A DNA stretch of 52,996 bases from Alphaproteobacteria bacterium (GTDB lineage Bacteria; Pseudomonadota; Alphaproteobacteria; Micavibrionales; Micavibrionaceae). This document shows, piece by piece, positions 1 through 10,435 of the stretch (position 1 is the stretch's first letter; each line of letters begins with the position of its first letter). The notes beneath the pieces are model-generated. The model saw only the letters and a list, made by a program, of their open reading frames with translations, searched no databases and was not told where the DNA came from. Made by a program: the position numbers and the translations under genes. The stretch spans positions 1 to 52,996 of the forward strand of contig JAJFGQ010000017.1 in the NCBI GenBank assembly GCA_021776075.1, written 5' to 3'.

Positions 1-1926
1 CAGAAGACGTTGTAGCAAGGACGGAAAGTCATTGTTAGGCGTTGTTGAAGAAAGGGAAGAGGGGGGCGTTGCCTCCCTTTTCTTATGGTTGTTTTTCTGG
101 TGAATATCCCGCATGACATCACGCCAGATGGCAGCGGGCAGGGTGCCGCCGGTGACGTTATCCATAGGGCTGTTATCGTCATTGCCCAGCCAGACACCCA
201 TTACATACCGATCTGTATAGCCGATGAACCAGGCATCACGGGAATTCTGTGAGGTGCCGGTTTTCCCTGCGGCTGTAAAAGGCAGTTTGGCGCGTTTGCC
301 CGTGCCTGTGTTAATGGTTTCTTCCAGCATGGCGTTCAGAGTTTTGACGGCTTGGGCGTTAATAGCTTGCCGTGATGAAGTGTTGTTTTTATGCTGGTAC
401 ACAACGTTGTCCTGATTATCTGTAATCTGCGTAATAGCATGAGGTTTAACGGTTTTACCGCCATTGGCCAGAACAGCATAGGCCGTTACCATTTCCAGCA
501 GGGGAATGCCGCTACTGCCCAGAGCCAGACTTAGGTCTCTGTCCAGTTTTGCCTGAATTCCGGCTTTGCGGGCGGTTTCTATGACGGCCTTCATACCTGT
601 TTCTTGTGCGAGACGAACTGTTGCCGTGTTCAGCGAGTGCGAAAGCGCTGTTTCCAGTGTGACCTGTCCTTTATATTTGCCGTTGAAATTTTTGGGCTTG
701 TAAGTGCCTTTTTCAAAGGGCGCGTCTTCAATAAAGTCGTCGGCTTTGTGGCCTTGTGTCAGGGCGGTCAGATACACAAAAGGTTTGAAGGCCGATCCGG
801 GCGGGCGCAAAGCCTGTGTAGCGCGGTTAAACTGGCTGGCTTTGTAATTGCGGCCGCCGACCATAGCGAGGATGGCGCCGTCATGGTTCATGACGATGAG
901 CGCACCTTGTGTGATTTTATGTGTTTTTCCATGGCGGCGCAGGACATAGCCCAGAGCTTCCTCTGCTTCCTTTTGGATGTGGGGAGCAAGGGTCGTTTCT
1001 ACGGTTAAATCAGAGGTCGGCGTGCCGATAAGTTTATTTAAATCGCTGGTGATCCAGTCTGTGAAATAGCGTACGCCACTTCGTCCTTTCAGAGGTTTTT
1101 TGCGGGGGAGGGGATAGGGGGAGGCCTGACTCTCTTTTTCCGCGCCGGCAGTGATATATCCGGTATCCCGCATGGCGGTGAGGACGGTTTGTGCTCGTTT
1201 TTCTGCCAGATCCGGGTTGCTATGTGGTGAATAACGGGATGGGGCTTTGAGCAATCCAGCCAGCAGAGCGGATTCTTTAAGAGTGAGAGTCTGTGCTGTT
1301 TTATTGAAGTAGATACGGGCGGCGGCATCAACGCCATAAGCACCGGACCCTAGATAGACGCGGTTCAAATAGGCGCTCAGTATATCATCTTTGCTCAGTT
1401 TCTTTTCCAGCCACAAAGCGAGGAGGGCTTCCTGTATTTTGCGCTTGTAGGTGCGTTCATGGCTCAGGAACAGATTTTTAGCGAGTTGCTGTGTGATGGT
1501 GGAGCCGCCTTGCGCGATATGCCCTTTTTTCAGATTTGTGATGACAGCCCGTGCCAGTCCCAGAGGGTCCAGCCCGAAATGCTGGTAAAAACGCCGGTCT
1601 TCAGTGGCAAGCACGGCATAGATCAGATGAGGCGGCAGGTTTTCAACGCTGACACTTGTGCCCTTGAAATCGCCGTAGCGGGAGAGTGTCGTGCCATCGG
1701 CAGCCTTAATGGTTAGAGCGGCATGTCGTTCAAAATGGGGGTTTTTCGTGATTTCAGGCAGGTCGGCGGCATACCATGCTGTGAGCAGTCCCAGCCCGAT
1801 GAAGGCCCATAGCCCGATGACCAGCATCCATTTTAATCCGGTCCATAAAAAAGAAGGGTGTTGTTTTGACTGTTTTCTTTTTTTGCGGTGTTTTGGTTTT
1901 TTGTGATTTTTCTTTTTTTTTACCAT
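1..1926 (-). CDS. mrcA: penicillin-binding protein 1A (bifunctional transglycosylase/transpeptidase); 3' end truncated by window edge
   Basis: Manual minus-strand translation is uninterrupted from the ATG at 1926 and runs off position 1. It reads MVKKKKNHKKPKHRKK, then a TM helix LVIGLWAFIGLGLL, the transglycosylase motifs EDRRFYQHFG and GGSTITQQ, and the transpeptidase motif KTGTSQNSRDAWFIGYT. It is absent from the ORF track only because no stop lies in the window. Confidence 0.85.
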   Translation of the reverse strand, partial: MVKKKKNHKKPKHRKKRKQSKQHPSFLWTGLKWMLVIGLWAFIGLGLLTAWYAADLPEITKNPHFERHAALTIKAADGTTLSRYGDFKGTSVSVENLPPHLIYAVLATEDRRFYQHFGLDPLGLARAVITNLKKGHIAQGGSTITQQLAKNLFLSHERTYKRKIQEALLALWLEKKLSKDDILSAYLNRVYLGSGAYGVDAAARIYFNKTAQTLTLKESALLAGLLKAPSRYSPHSNPDLAEKRAQTVLTAMRDTGYITAGAEKESQASPYPLPRKKPLKGRSGVRYFTDWITSDLNKLIGTPTSDLTVETTLAPHIQKEAEEALGYVLRRHGKTHKITQGALIVMNHDGAILAMVGGRNYKASQFNRATQALRPPGSAFKPFVYLTALTQGHKADDFIEDAPFEKGTYKPKNFNGKYKGQVTLETALSHSLNTATVRLAQETGMKAVIETARKAGIQAKLDRDLSLALGSSGIPLLEMVTAYAVLANGGKTVKPHAITQITDNQDNVVYQHKNNTSSRQAINAQAVKTLNAMLEETINTGTGKRAKLPFTAAGKTGTSQNSRDAWFIGYTDRYVMGVWLGNDDNSPMDNVTGGTLPAAIWRDVMRDIHQKNNHKKREATPPSSLSSTTPNNDFPSLLQRLL

Positions 1927-1931
1927 GGTTA

Positions 1932-2465
1932 TTACGTGCAATCCAGCCAGTAACGGCGGCGCGCGGGAAATTGGTCCGTGGCAGGCAGTTCATCTTCAAA
2001 TTCAGCACCGCAGGATTCAATCACACGAATAACGGGCTTATTTTTGGGGTCGGCGGTAAGTAAGGCTTTTTCAATTCCCAGATAATTGGCAATAGGAATC
2101 GCTTTCAGGAGGAGTTTATTGCCAAACCCTTTGCCGCGCATCGAAGGGCGAATAATAAAATGGATATGGCCGCCCCATTTTTCCAGATGCCAGTTCAGAC
2201 GGTGACGAATATCGACTGTGCCGATATAGTCCTGATCCCTGACCAGCCATGCTACGGTTTCCGGTGTGGGTTCTACCCATTCCTGATAAGGCTGGTGAGG
2301 GTATCCCCTGTCAGTGCGCAGGGCTTTAACAAAATCCTCAAAGTCAGACGTTAGCCGGGAGATTTTATTATGCAGATAGACTCCCTCTTTGTGGTATTCC
2401 GCAAGGGCCTCCAGATAGCTGTCTTTGTATTCTACGGACGGGTGGACTAGTTTGGATGCGGACAT
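1932..2465 (-). CDS. GNAT family N-acetyltransferase
   Basis: The ORF is 1932..2540. An internal ATG at 2465 (MSASKLVHP) is preferred as start. GNAT acetyl-CoA-binding motif HFIIRPSMRGKGFGNKLL. The gene ends 5 nt before the mrcA start, so they are probably co-transcribed. Confidence 0.7.
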   Translation of the reverse strand: MSASKLVHPSVEYKDSYLEALAEYHKEGVYLHNKISRLTSDFEDFVKALRTDRGYPHQPYQEWVEPTPETVAWLVRDQDYIGTVDIRHRLNWHLEKWGGHIHFIIRPSMRGKGFGNKLLLKAIPIANYLGIEKALLTADPKNKPVIRVIESCGAEFEDELPATDQFPARRRYWLDCT

Positions 2466-2674
2466 TTTTACTCGGTTACAGTTGGTTATAAAAGCCTCAT
2501 GATGAGTCCCGAGCGTAAAACGAAACCTCTTTTTATGCAATATAGAATGAACAGAATAGTGGGACTTGACGGATTGAGGGTTTTGGGTATTTTTGCAAAA
2601 CTGTTTCTGAAAACTAAATTTGACATATAATTTTCTGTATTGTAGAAGTTATCTTTTTACGCGAGGAATAGAAA

Positions 2675-2983
2675 ATGAACTCACAAGGCTTTAGAGGAAC
2701 TAGAAATGCTACGGCTTTGTCAGGTGCAATCGCACGGTTGAATCTCTCTGCGCGCTTCGGCTACGTGGTCGAGGATGGCTCTAACCGTCAATATATTTTT
2801 GCATTGGAATGTGTTCCTGCCGTAAAAAATGGCACTTTGAAAGCGGAAGAGCCGGGCTTTTTTAAACGGATATTTAACGTAGAAAGTCAGACCATGACGG
2901 GAAAGGGTATCTCCTTGAAACCCGGTTCAAAAGTATTTTTCAATACAGATCAAGAAGGCCGGGTTACAAAACTGACTTTGTGA
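2675..2983 (+). CDS. hypothetical small protein (102 aa)
   Basis: ORF with SD GAGGAA 7 nt upstream. It is preceded by an AT-rich region with a TATAAT box at ~2623. No recognisable motif. Confidence 0.5.
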   Translation: MNSQGFRGTRNATALSGAIARLNLSARFGYVVEDGSNRQYIFALECVPAVKNGTLKAEEPGFFKRIFNVESQTMTGKGISLKPGSKVFFNTDQEGRVTKLTL

Positions 2984-2999
2984 TTAGGGGAGATTTGAT

Positions 3000-3620
3000 A
3001 TGACGAAAGAACTTGGTAATGAAAAGTCTTTAAAGATGAATCCGTTAGAAACGCTACGGGATTATGGAGTTTCTTGTTTTTCCGGCTTTTTCAGTGCTGC
3101 CATGATCGTTCCTACGATTGGTTTGGCTGTTTGGTCGGTGGGGGTTGCTATTCCTCAGGCTTATGCTGTTGGCGGTGGTCTTAATGCTTTTGCCGCCAGT
3201 GTTTTTCTTGGCGCGGGTGTTTCTATTGCTGTGGGATGTAGTGCCGTTGCGGTGATGTGGTCTTCTGCTATATCTAAGGTGTTTCCGTTTAAACTTGTCG
3301 CGTGTTTGGCCGGTGCTGCGGCGGGCTGTGCTCTGATGTTAAATCCCATAGTTAATGATATGAATAATAAAAATAACCTTGCTGTTTCTACATCAGAGGC
3401 TACAAAGCAAACCGTGCTGAAGAAGACATCACTGGATACAGAGTCAGGTAAGGTTTTGCAGGCATTTAACCATATGCGGACAAGCTCTGTTGTAATGCCT
3501 ATATCAAAAACATTTAACGATATCGTAATTGGTATTTGTAACCGTTCCCCACGGACTGCAAAGTGTAAATTTTCGGCAAGTGGAGGTGGTTTTATTCCAC
3601 TGGCAAACGAACGAATCTGA
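3000..3620 (+). CDS. hypothetical membrane protein with glycine-zipper-like helices
   Basis: SD GGGGAG upstream. Three or four hydrophobic helices rich in GxxxG/AxxxA (AVGGGLNAFAASVFLGAGVSIAVGCSAV, LVACLAGAAAGCALML). It starts 16 nt after the 102-aa ORF, so likely an operon. The last ~39 codons overlap the convergent gene at 3504..4148. Confidence 0.55.
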   Translation: MTKELGNEKSLKMNPLETLRDYGVSCFSGFFSAAMIVPTIGLAVWSVGVAIPQAYAVGGGLNAFAASVFLGAGVSIAVGCSAVAVMWSSAISKVFPFKLVACLAGAAAGCALMLNPIVNDMNNKNNLAVSTSEATKQTVLKKTSLDTESGKVLQAFNHMRTSSVVMPISKTFNDIVIGICNRSPRTAKCKFSASGGGFIPLANERI

Positions 3621-4148
3621 TGCTTCGCAGTCGGCCTGACAAGCAGCTCTACTTGCAGAATTACCGACTCCGCTGCCAAAGGAGCTACAATTATGGTTTT
3701 TATTATCCTGCCACAAAGCACAAGGGTCTTTAGCAAAAAGAGAGGTCCAGCCCAACCCATCGCATATTTTAAGAAACCCTACAGAATCATATAACAACAC
3801 ACCTTCATTGGTGCTATTGCATGTCTGTCCTGTATCATTAAACTGAAAAGAACCGCTTCCGCCGCCGCCCGCTGTACCGCAGGCCCATTTTGTACCGTCA
3901 AATACCAGTATTTCACCGCTGGCGCAGACCTGATTACCGATACTGCTAAGTTCACCCGTGCGCTTAAAATCGAGGATTGATTTCCAGTTCGCGCCGTCAC
4001 AGACCAGAAAATGACCGCCGGTAGCAATTTCCGGGCCGCCGGATTGCCTGAAAATGCCTGCGGTCGTACAGGTGTCTCCGGGCAAGGTTTCCTGCGCGTG
4101 AACCTCAACCGCAAAAACCAGAAGAAGAAGAAAAATAACTCTACTCAT
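3504..4148 (-). CDS. secreted cysteine-rich repeat protein (14 Cys)
   Basis: SD GGGAG 8 nt upstream. Sec-type signal peptide MSRVIFLLLLVFAVEVHAQE. Three ~30-aa repeats of pattern G-x-T-C-x(n)-G-x(n)-L-x-C-D-G-x-x-W, then a C-terminal Cys-dense tail. Confidence 0.65.
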   Translation of the reverse strand: MSRVIFLLLLVFAVEVHAQETLPGDTCTTAGIFRQSGGPEIATGGHFLVCDGANWKSILDFKRTGELSSIGNQVCASGEILVFDGTKWACGTAGGGGSGSFQFNDTGQTCNSTNEGVLLYDSVGFLKICDGLGWTSLFAKDPCALWQDNKNHNCSSFGSGVGNSASRAACQADCEASDSFVCQWNKTTSTCRKFTLCSPWGTVTNTNYDIVKCF

Positions 4149-4500
4149 GTCTCAAGCTCCCTTTTTCATTACCAAAGAAAGGGCCGCCAAAGAGAAAATC
4201 TCTTGGCAGCCGGGAGTTCAAAACCGTCACATTAGAAACGGCGTGACAGCCTTTAGCTGACGCCTGGACATACGCTGTCACCTCCCGGCCATAAGACCGA
4301 GCGACAGCATCCTCGATGCGCTTTACTAAAATAACGAAAACGCATCAATAACGGTTGATGCCAACCGCTAATGTGAGAGGTTTTGAAGCCCCGAGCCTGC
4401 CCCTATGGACAGACACACGGCCACAATGAACAGAAACAGGGAAAAAGGCAAATGAAAACGAAAATAAGAAATTATGCGGGTAATTCGTTTCTGCATAGGC

Positions 4501-5895
4501 CTATATCAAAAACAACGCCGCCAGCCCCAGAAATGCAAAGAATCCCACGACATCTGTAACGGTTGTCAGGAGAACGGTTGAGGAAACAGCCGGGTCGCTG
4601 CCCATACGGTGCAGGAGGATCGGGATTCCGGCACCGCATAAACCCGCCATGATCAGGTTGATAATCATAGCTGTGCCCAGCACAAGCCCCAGAATCGTAT
4701 TGTCAAACCACAAAGCGGCAATCACGCCCATGATAGCGGCGAAGGCCGCGCCGTTTAACGTACCGACCAATGTTTCTTTTCCGACAACCCGTAGGGCGTT
4801 CACGGTGGAAAGTTCTTTTGTTGCCAGTGCCCGCACCGCTATGGTTAGGGCTTGCGTTCCGGCATTGCCGCCCATGGAGGCCACAATCGGCATCAGGACA
4901 GCCAGCGCGACAAGCTCTTCGATTGTGGCGCCAAACAGTGAAATGACAAGCGACGCCAATATAGCTGTCAGCAAATTAATAAAAAGCCAACGAAAGCGGA
5001 AGCCGGTGGTTGAAAGAACGGCATGGTATAAATCGCCATGATCGACTCCGGCGAGTTTTAAGATGTCTTCCTGTGCTTCTTCGTGAATAACGTCAACGAC
5101 ATCATCAACGGTAATCACGCCGATCAGGCGTTCTTCTTCATCAACAACCGGAGCGGAAGTCAGGTTCTCCCGGCGGAAAATTTGCGCGACTTCTTCCTGA
5201 TCCGTGCCGGCAGGAATCGGGTGAATGTCACCCAGTGTCAGTGTTTCCAATTTATCTGAACGGTTGGCGCGCACCAGACGACTGAGCGGGATTTCACCGG
5301 CAACGTGGTAAGTGGGCGTGATCACGAAAATATCGAAGAATTCTGCGGGTAGTTCATCTGTGGCAGCGCGCAGATAGTCCATCGTCTTGCCGGCTGTCCA
5401 GAATTGTGGAATAGCAACAAATTCCCGCTGCATCAGGCGCCCGGCGCTATCTTCCGGGAAGTTCAGGCCCTCTTCCAGAGTCAGGCGGGTTTTGGCAGAG
5501 AGTTTATGGATGATGTCGTTCTGGAAGTCTGGAGAGAGGTTTAGGATCATATCCAGCGCGTCGTCACTATCCAGATCCATGATAATCCGGGCGACTTGCC
5601 GGGGTGGCATGTTTTCCAGCGTATCCTTACGTAATTCCGGGTTCAGTTCAGAAAAAACGCCGGGATCAAAGGCGGCGCCGTATTCTTTTAAAAGCCGTTG
5701 CCGGTTTTCTTCGCTGAGTTTTCCCAGAAGTTCGGCAGAATCGGCAATGCTGAGATCGGCAATAATATTCGTTATGCCTTCTTCATAGTCATTCTGAAGG
5801 GCGTCTTCTATTTCATGGATGGTATCGTCGCTCAGTCCGAATTGTCCAACAGCTTCGGCAGAAATGTCGTCATTTTCGTTGCGGATGTTCGTCAT
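4501..5895 (-). CDS. mgtE: magnesium transporter MgtE
   Basis: 464 aa with an N-terminal MgtE-N domain, a CBS pair and a C-terminal 5-TM channel domain (GNAGTQA motif region). The start overlaps the maeB stop by 4 nt. Confidence 0.9.
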   Translation of the reverse strand: MTNIRNENDDISAEAVGQFGLSDDTIHEIEDALQNDYEEGITNIIADLSIADSAELLGKLSEENRQRLLKEYGAAFDPGVFSELNPELRKDTLENMPPRQVARIIMDLDSDDALDMILNLSPDFQNDIIHKLSAKTRLTLEEGLNFPEDSAGRLMQREFVAIPQFWTAGKTMDYLRAATDELPAEFFDIFVITPTYHVAGEIPLSRLVRANRSDKLETLTLGDIHPIPAGTDQEEVAQIFRRENLTSAPVVDEEERLIGVITVDDVVDVIHEEAQEDILKLAGVDHGDLYHAVLSTTGFRFRWLFINLLTAILASLVISLFGATIEELVALAVLMPIVASMGGNAGTQALTIAVRALATKELSTVNALRVVGKETLVGTLNGAAFAAIMGVIAALWFDNTILGLVLGTAMIINLIMAGLCGAGIPILLHRMGSDPAVSSTVLLTTVTDVVGFFAFLGLAALFLI

Positions 5896-8174
5896 CCGGT
5901 TTCCGCATCATTGATTTGAGCGGCAACAGCGGCCAGAGCTGTCACATTGACGATTCCGCGTGCTGTTACCGAAGGGGTCATAATATGAGCAGGGCGGGAA
6001 ACGCCGAGAAGGAGCGGGCCGATAGAAATAGCGTCACCGAGTATTTTGAGCATGTTAAAGGCAATATTGGCTGAGTCGACATTCGGCATAATCAGCAGAT
6101 TAGCCTGCCCCTCCAAAGTGGAGTTTGGCATAGTACTTTGTCGTATTTTTTCTGATAGGGCCGCGTCGGCATGCATTTCACCGTCGATTTCAAGATCGGG
6201 AGCGCGTTGGCGCAGGTCAGCAAGTGCTGCCCGCATTTTGAAGGCGCTGTCTTCGCTATGTGTACCGAAATTGGAATGGGACAGAAGGGCGACTTTGGGT
6301 TTGATACCAAAACGGCTGACTTCTTCGGCAGCCAGCAGGGTCATTTCGCTAATTTGTGCAATGCTGGGATTGGGGTTCACCTGTGTATCACAGATAAAAT
6401 AGGAACCTTTCGCCAGAACGAGAGCGTTCAGGGCGGCGGCTGTTTCTACACCGGGACGCAATCCCAGTATGTTCACAATATCCCTCATATGGCTTCTGAA
6501 CGAGCCTACCGTACCGCAAATAACAGCATCAGCCTGACCTTTAAGGACCATCAAGGCGCCGATAACGCTTGTGTTGGTGCGCAGCGTTGTTTTGGCATCC
6601 GGTGGCGTAACGCCGCGCCGTTCCATGATTTCATGATAGCTTGTCCAGTAGTCGTGATAACGCGGATCATCTTCCGGGTCGATCAACTCAATATCCGTGT
6701 CAATTTTCATACGTAGACCAAAGCGTTCAATCCTTGAAGAAACAACATTCCGCCGACCGATGACAACAGGCAGGGCCAGTTTGTCATCAAGGACAACCTG
6801 AATGGCACGGAGAACCTTTTCTTCTTCACCTTCACAATAAACAACACGTTTTAAATCTTGTTTTGCGCGGGCGAAAATTGGGCGCATGACCATGCTGGTG
6901 CGGTAGGTGTAGCTTTGCAGTTTATGCTCGTAGGCATCCCAGTCTTCTATCGGGCGTGTGGCAACGCCGCTATCCATTGCAGCTTTGGCAATTGCCATGG
7001 GCAGTTCGACAATCAGGCGCGGATCAAAAGGCTTCGGGATCATATAATCCGGTCCGAATTCCAGATTTTCATCAGCATAGACAGCGGCAACCTCCGCAGG
7101 TGTTTCCTTGCGGGCCAATCCGGCAATGGCGTGGACGCAGGCGATTTTCATTTCTTCATTGATTGCTGTTGCACCGACATCCAGTGCGCCACGGAAAATG
7201 AAAGGAAAGCCCAGAACGTTGTTCACCTGATTAGGATAGTCGGAACGACCCGTGCAGATCAGGGCGTCGGGTCTCGCTTTTTTGGCGATCTCCGGCATGA
7301 TTTCCGGCGTGGGGTTCGCAAGGGCCATAATCAGAGGGGCTTCGGCCATTTTTTTGACCATGGGGCCTGTCAGGGAATCAGGGCCGGACAGACCGAGAAA
7401 AAGATCGGCACCTTCAATGGCATCATCCAGTGTGCGGGCGTTCGTTTCAACGAGATAGCCTTCTTTAATGGGGTCCATACCTTCTGTGCGGCCCTTATAG
7501 ATGACACCTTGTCTGTCGCATACAATGATATTGTCTTTCGGCATACCGAGTGTGACCAGCAAATTCAGGCAGGCAATAGCCGCTGCCCCGGCGCCGTTGG
7601 CCACCAGTTTGATGTCCGTAATTTTACGTTCGGAGAAATGAAGCCAGTTCAGTATAGCCGCGGCAACGATAATCGCCGTACCGTGCTGATCATCATGGAA
7701 AACCGGGATTTTCATGCGTTCGCGCAGGCGTCTTTCAATCTCGAAACACTCCGGTGCTTTGATGTCTTCAAGGTTAATGCCGCCGAAAGTGGGTTCCAGT
7801 GACGCAATGATTTCAATAAGTTTATCAGGGTCGGATTCATTAATTTCAATGTCCATGACATCGACATTGGCGAATTTTTTGAACAGGACGGCCTTACCTT
7901 CCATGACGGGTTTGGCGGCGAGCGCACCGATATTTCCCAGTCCCAGAACGGCGGTACCGTTGGTTATTACCGCCACCATATTTCCGCGTGAGGTATAGTC
8001 CAGCGCCTTGAGGGGGTCTTTTTCAATTTCTTCACAAGCCGCAGCGACACCGGGAGAATAAGCGAGCGCCAGATCGCGTTGCGTATCGAGGGCTTTGGTC
8101 GCCTTAATGGCAATCTTACCGGGGCGGGGGGAGCGGTGATATTCGAGGGCGGCTTCTCTCAGATTTTCGTCCAT
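5892..8174 (-). CDS. maeB: NADP-dependent malic enzyme (malic enzyme plus C-terminal phosphotransacetylase-like domain)
   Basis: ~760 aa from an internal ATG at 8174 ([13 protein letters not shown]), which has AAGGA ~12 nt upstream. Malic enzyme NAD(P)-binding and PTA-like C-terminal domains are present. The longer ORF to 8273 is rejected because it would run into the tRNA. Confidence 0.9.
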   Translation of the reverse strand: MDENLREAALEYHRSPRPGKIAIKATKALDTQRDLALAYSPGVAAACEEIEKDPLKALDYTSRGNMVAVITNGTAVLGLGNIGALAAKPVMEGKAVLFKKFANVDVMDIEINESDPDKLIEIIASLEPTFGGINLEDIKAPECFEIERRLRERMKIPVFHDDQHGTAIIVAAAILNWLHFSERKITDIKLVANGAGAAAIACLNLLVTLGMPKDNIIVCDRQGVIYKGRTEGMDPIKEGYLVETNARTLDDAIEGADLFLGLSGPDSLTGPMVKKMAEAPLIMALANPTPEIMPEIAKKARPDALICTGRSDYPNQVNNVLGFPFIFRGALDVGATAINEEMKIACVHAIAGLARKETPAEVAAVYADENLEFGPDYMIPKPFDPRLIVELPMAIAKAAMDSGVATRPIEDWDAYEHKLQSYTYRTSMVMRPIFARAKQDLKRVVYCEGEEEKVLRAIQVVLDDKLALPVVIGRRNVVSSRIERFGLRMKIDTDIELIDPEDDPRYHDYWTSYHEIMERRGVTPPDAKTTLRTNTSVIGALMVLKGQADAVICGTVGSFRSHMRDIVNILGLRPGVETAAALNALVLAKGSYFICDTQVNPNPSIAQISEMTLLAAEEVSRFGIKPKVALLSHSNFGTHSEDSAFKMRAALADLRQRAPDLEIDGEMHADAALSEKIRQSTMPNSTLEGQANLLIMPNVDSANIAFNMLKILGDAISIGPLLLGVSRPAHIMTPSVTARGIVNVTALAAVAAQINDAETG

Positions 8175-8227
8175 GACTATGTTTCCTTGCAAAAGGCCCC
8201 GGTGAAACCCGGGTCCTGAAATATAGA

Positions 8228-8313
8228 GTTGGTGCGGTCGAGAAGAGTCGAACTTCCACGGGATTACTCCCACAGCGACCTCAACGCTGCGCGTCTACCA
8301 TTCCGCCACGACC
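8228..8313 (-). tRNA. tRNA-Leu (anticodon GAG)
   Basis: The reverse complement folds as a cloverleaf. 7-bp acceptor GCGGTCG/CGACCGC. Anticodon stem CAGCG/CGCTG with loop TTGAGGT. Long variable arm GGGAGTAATCCC. T-loop TTCGACT. Encoded CCA. Confidence 0.8.
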
Positions 8314-8401
8314 GCACTGCCGTGTGGATAGCAAATATAGCATATTTCTGCAAGCAGGAAGAAGCTTGCAATGCAATATCTTCGATACTATTTTTAAGCT
8401 C

Positions 8402-9046
8402 ATGGAAATGAAGATCAGTAATCAGCCGGTGCCTTATGAAACTGCCATTTTAGAAATGGAAGCGCGGGTGGATGGAATCCGGCATGGTGAAGCCGATGAA
8501 CAAATATGGTTGCTGGAGCATCCGGCGCTTTATACGGCGGGGACAAGTGCGAAGCCTGCTGACCTTCTTGATCAACGTTTTCCGGTTCATCAAACAGGGC
8601 GGGGCGGCCAATATACTTATCACGGGCCGGGTCAGCGCGTGGCTTATGTGATGCTAAACCTGAAAAAGCGGCAACAACACCCTGATATTAAAAGATATGT
8701 CTGGCAGCTTGAGGAATGGATTATTCAGACTTTGGCTGTTTTTGATGTGAAGGGAGAGCGCCGGGAAGGCCGTGTTGGGATTTGGGTTGATGCAGGCGCG
8801 GGTGGAGAATCCAAGATTGCCGCTATTGGCGTGCGGGTTCGGCACTGGGTGACCTATCATGGTATTTCGATCAATGTTGATCCTGATTTGTCCCATTTCG
8901 GCGGCATCGTCCCCTGTGGTCTTGGCCAATACGGTGTAACGTCACTGGCTGAGTTGGGTATTAAAGCGACGATGGCCGATGTGGACGAAGCCCTTAAGGC
9001 GTCATGGGCTGGTGTTTTTGAAAGCGTGGAGAAGGCTGTCGCCTGA
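8402..9046 (+). CDS. lipB: lipoyl(octanoyl) transferase
   Basis: LipB family ([30 protein letters not shown] motifs). Start placed at the ATG at 8402 because the longer ORF from 8324 would abut the tRNA. Start is uncertain (8402 or 8408). Confidence 0.85.
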   Translation: MEMKISNQPVPYETAILEMEARVDGIRHGEADEQIWLLEHPALYTAGTSAKPADLLDQRFPVHQTGRGGQYTYHGPGQRVAYVMLNLKKRQQHPDIKRYVWQLEEWIIQTLAVFDVKGERREGRVGIWVDAGAGGESKIAAIGVRVRHWVTYHGISINVDPDLSHFGGIVPCGLGQYGVTSLAELGIKATMADVDEALKASWAGVFESVEKAVA

Positions 9047-9048
9047 TT

Positions 9049-9435
9049 TTACAGCTTTAGCTTTTGTCCGACAACATCAAGGACTTTTTCTGAGATAATC
9101 TGGCGGGCATGATGTCCATTTCCGTAAAACTTTCCATCAGAGACGTGTTGGTCTACTACTTCTTTAATGCAGCCCTTGATATCAGGCATGGCATCTGCGA
9201 CGGCTGTTTGGAATACTTCATTGAGTTCCTGTAGGGTCGGCAGGTCAAGCAGGGTTGTTTCAACGTCATGATATATCTTGGTCGTCAGTACATTGCCATC
9301 GATCGCATCTCGTGCAAATTCGCCTTCTTTGCTTTCAATGCGCCATAATGAGCTATATGTTCTGTTCGATAATTCATTGAAATAGCGTCCAAACTCAGGG
9401 TCTTCACGGAGGTCTCTTAAACGAATATCGGACAT
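9049..9435 (-). CDS. hypothetical protein (128 aa)
   Basis: ORF with an internal ATG at 9435 preceded by AGGA. No recognisable motif. Convergent with lipB, with stops 2 nt apart. Confidence 0.5.
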   Translation of the reverse strand: MSDIRLRDLREDPEFGRYFNELSNRTYSSLWRIESKEGEFARDAIDGNVLTTKIYHDVETTLLDLPTLQELNEVFQTAVADAMPDIKGCIKEVVDQHVSDGKFYGNGHHARQIISEKVLDVVGQKLKL

Positions 9436-9518
9436 GGTTATTATCCTGACTTTGCTAGATTTATGATTAAACGCACGAGCCTTTATATGAAAAACAACGG
9501 GTTTTGTCAAGGTTTTCC

Positions 9519-10364
9519 TTAATCCGCGGCGAGGTCAACAAGATTGCTATGAGCGTAATGGGTGACAAACGAAATGATTTTCTCAATATCTTCTTTTAAC
9601 GCTTTGTAATTGCGTAATTTTATATTGTCTTCTTCATTCCAGTAAAGTGCCTTGTTAATTTCCAGTTGCAGGCTGTGTCGGCCCCGTGTCGGGTCGGCGT
9701 GACGGCGGACGAGTTCCACACCTTTGTATGGGTCATTGATTGCCACGCGATAGCCCAGACCTTTCAGGAAATCACGCAGGCTGTGAGTGAAATCAAGTGC
9801 GCAGCTTGTGCCGTCGCGGTCGCCCAGAACGAAATCCGGCTGTAAGCTGTAGGGAACTTTGCTGAAAGAGGGCATGGAGTGGCAGTTTATGTGCCAGACC
9901 TGCCCGAAATTGTAATGCGCTTCGTTGGTCAGTGCTTGCAGTGTTTCATGATAGGGATTGTAGTAGTTGGCAATGCGGTGCTGTAGCGCGGCAACGGAGA
10001 GTTTGCCGTCATAGACAGGAAAGCCCGGTTTTGCAAGGCGACGGATCAGGCCGATTCCGGCATTGGCACGGTTGGTCGGATTGATGTCTCCGGGCCAGTC
10101 TTCGGCGAGTAAAGCCGTGTCTATGTCATCGGCAGCGCGGTTGACGTCAATATAAGTGCGGGGAAACAAAGCCGTAAGAAGTGTGCCGCCATAATGGGGA
10201 ACGGATTCAAACAGGTCGTCGACGTAATTATCTTCGCCTTTTTGCAGCAGTTCAAAAGGGCAGGCATATTGAAAATCATCCGGATAATGACGGCCACTAT
10301 GCGGGGAGTCAAAAATGACGGGCAGAGCTTGCGCGGGTTGAAATATTTTATAAATGTTCTGCAT
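9519..10364 (-). CDS. N-formylglutamate amidohydrolase family protein
   Basis: FGase-family motifs (VIFDSPHSG, YIDVNRAAD, NCHSMP). AAGGA SD 9 nt upstream of ATG 10364. Confidence 0.75.
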   Translation of the reverse strand: MQNIYKIFQPAQALPVIFDSPHSGRHYPDDFQYACPFELLQKGEDNYVDDLFESVPHYGGTLLTALFPRTYIDVNRAADDIDTALLAEDWPGDINPTNRANAGIGLIRRLAKPGFPVYDGKLSVAALQHRIANYYNPYHETLQALTNEAHYNFGQVWHINCHSMPSFSKVPYSLQPDFVLGDRDGTSCALDFTHSLRDFLKGLGYRVAINDPYKGVELVRRHADPTRGRHSLQLEINKALYWNEEDNIKLRNYKALKEDIEKIISFVTHYAHSNLVDLAAD

Positions 10365-10435
10365 GGAATCCTTGAGTACTCATCATAGCTGTGTCTTATT
10401 ATAATCCTTTGAGATTAACAAAGGCAAAAGCCAAA

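Noticed and set aside
4149-4500. 350-nt intergenic region with imperfect inverted repeats (about 4277-4318), considered as riboswitch or ncRNA
   Set aside because: It has no resemblance to the M-box or other known leaders. It lies at the 3' end of mgtE, not the 5' end. It is more likely just the promoter or 5'UTR of the Cys-rich protein gene.
6858-7802. 314-aa plus-strand ORF inside maeB
   Set aside because: It is antisense to a highly conserved malic enzyme gene, with no SD. It is a typical GC-rich shadow frame. The same holds for 6171-6716, 7714-7998 and other ORFs inside maeB.
8229-8411. 60-aa plus-strand ORF from the track
   Set aside because: It lies entirely over the tRNA-Leu gene and the lipB 5' region. 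It is a shadow ORF.
10391-10435. N-terminal extensions given by the ORF track (serS from GTG 10391, lipB from 8324, pcm from 14400, trmFO from 26555, bolA from 43393, maeB from 8273)
   Set aside because: Internal ATGs match the conserved protein N-termini, have better SD context, and avoid overlap with the neighbouring gene or tRNA.
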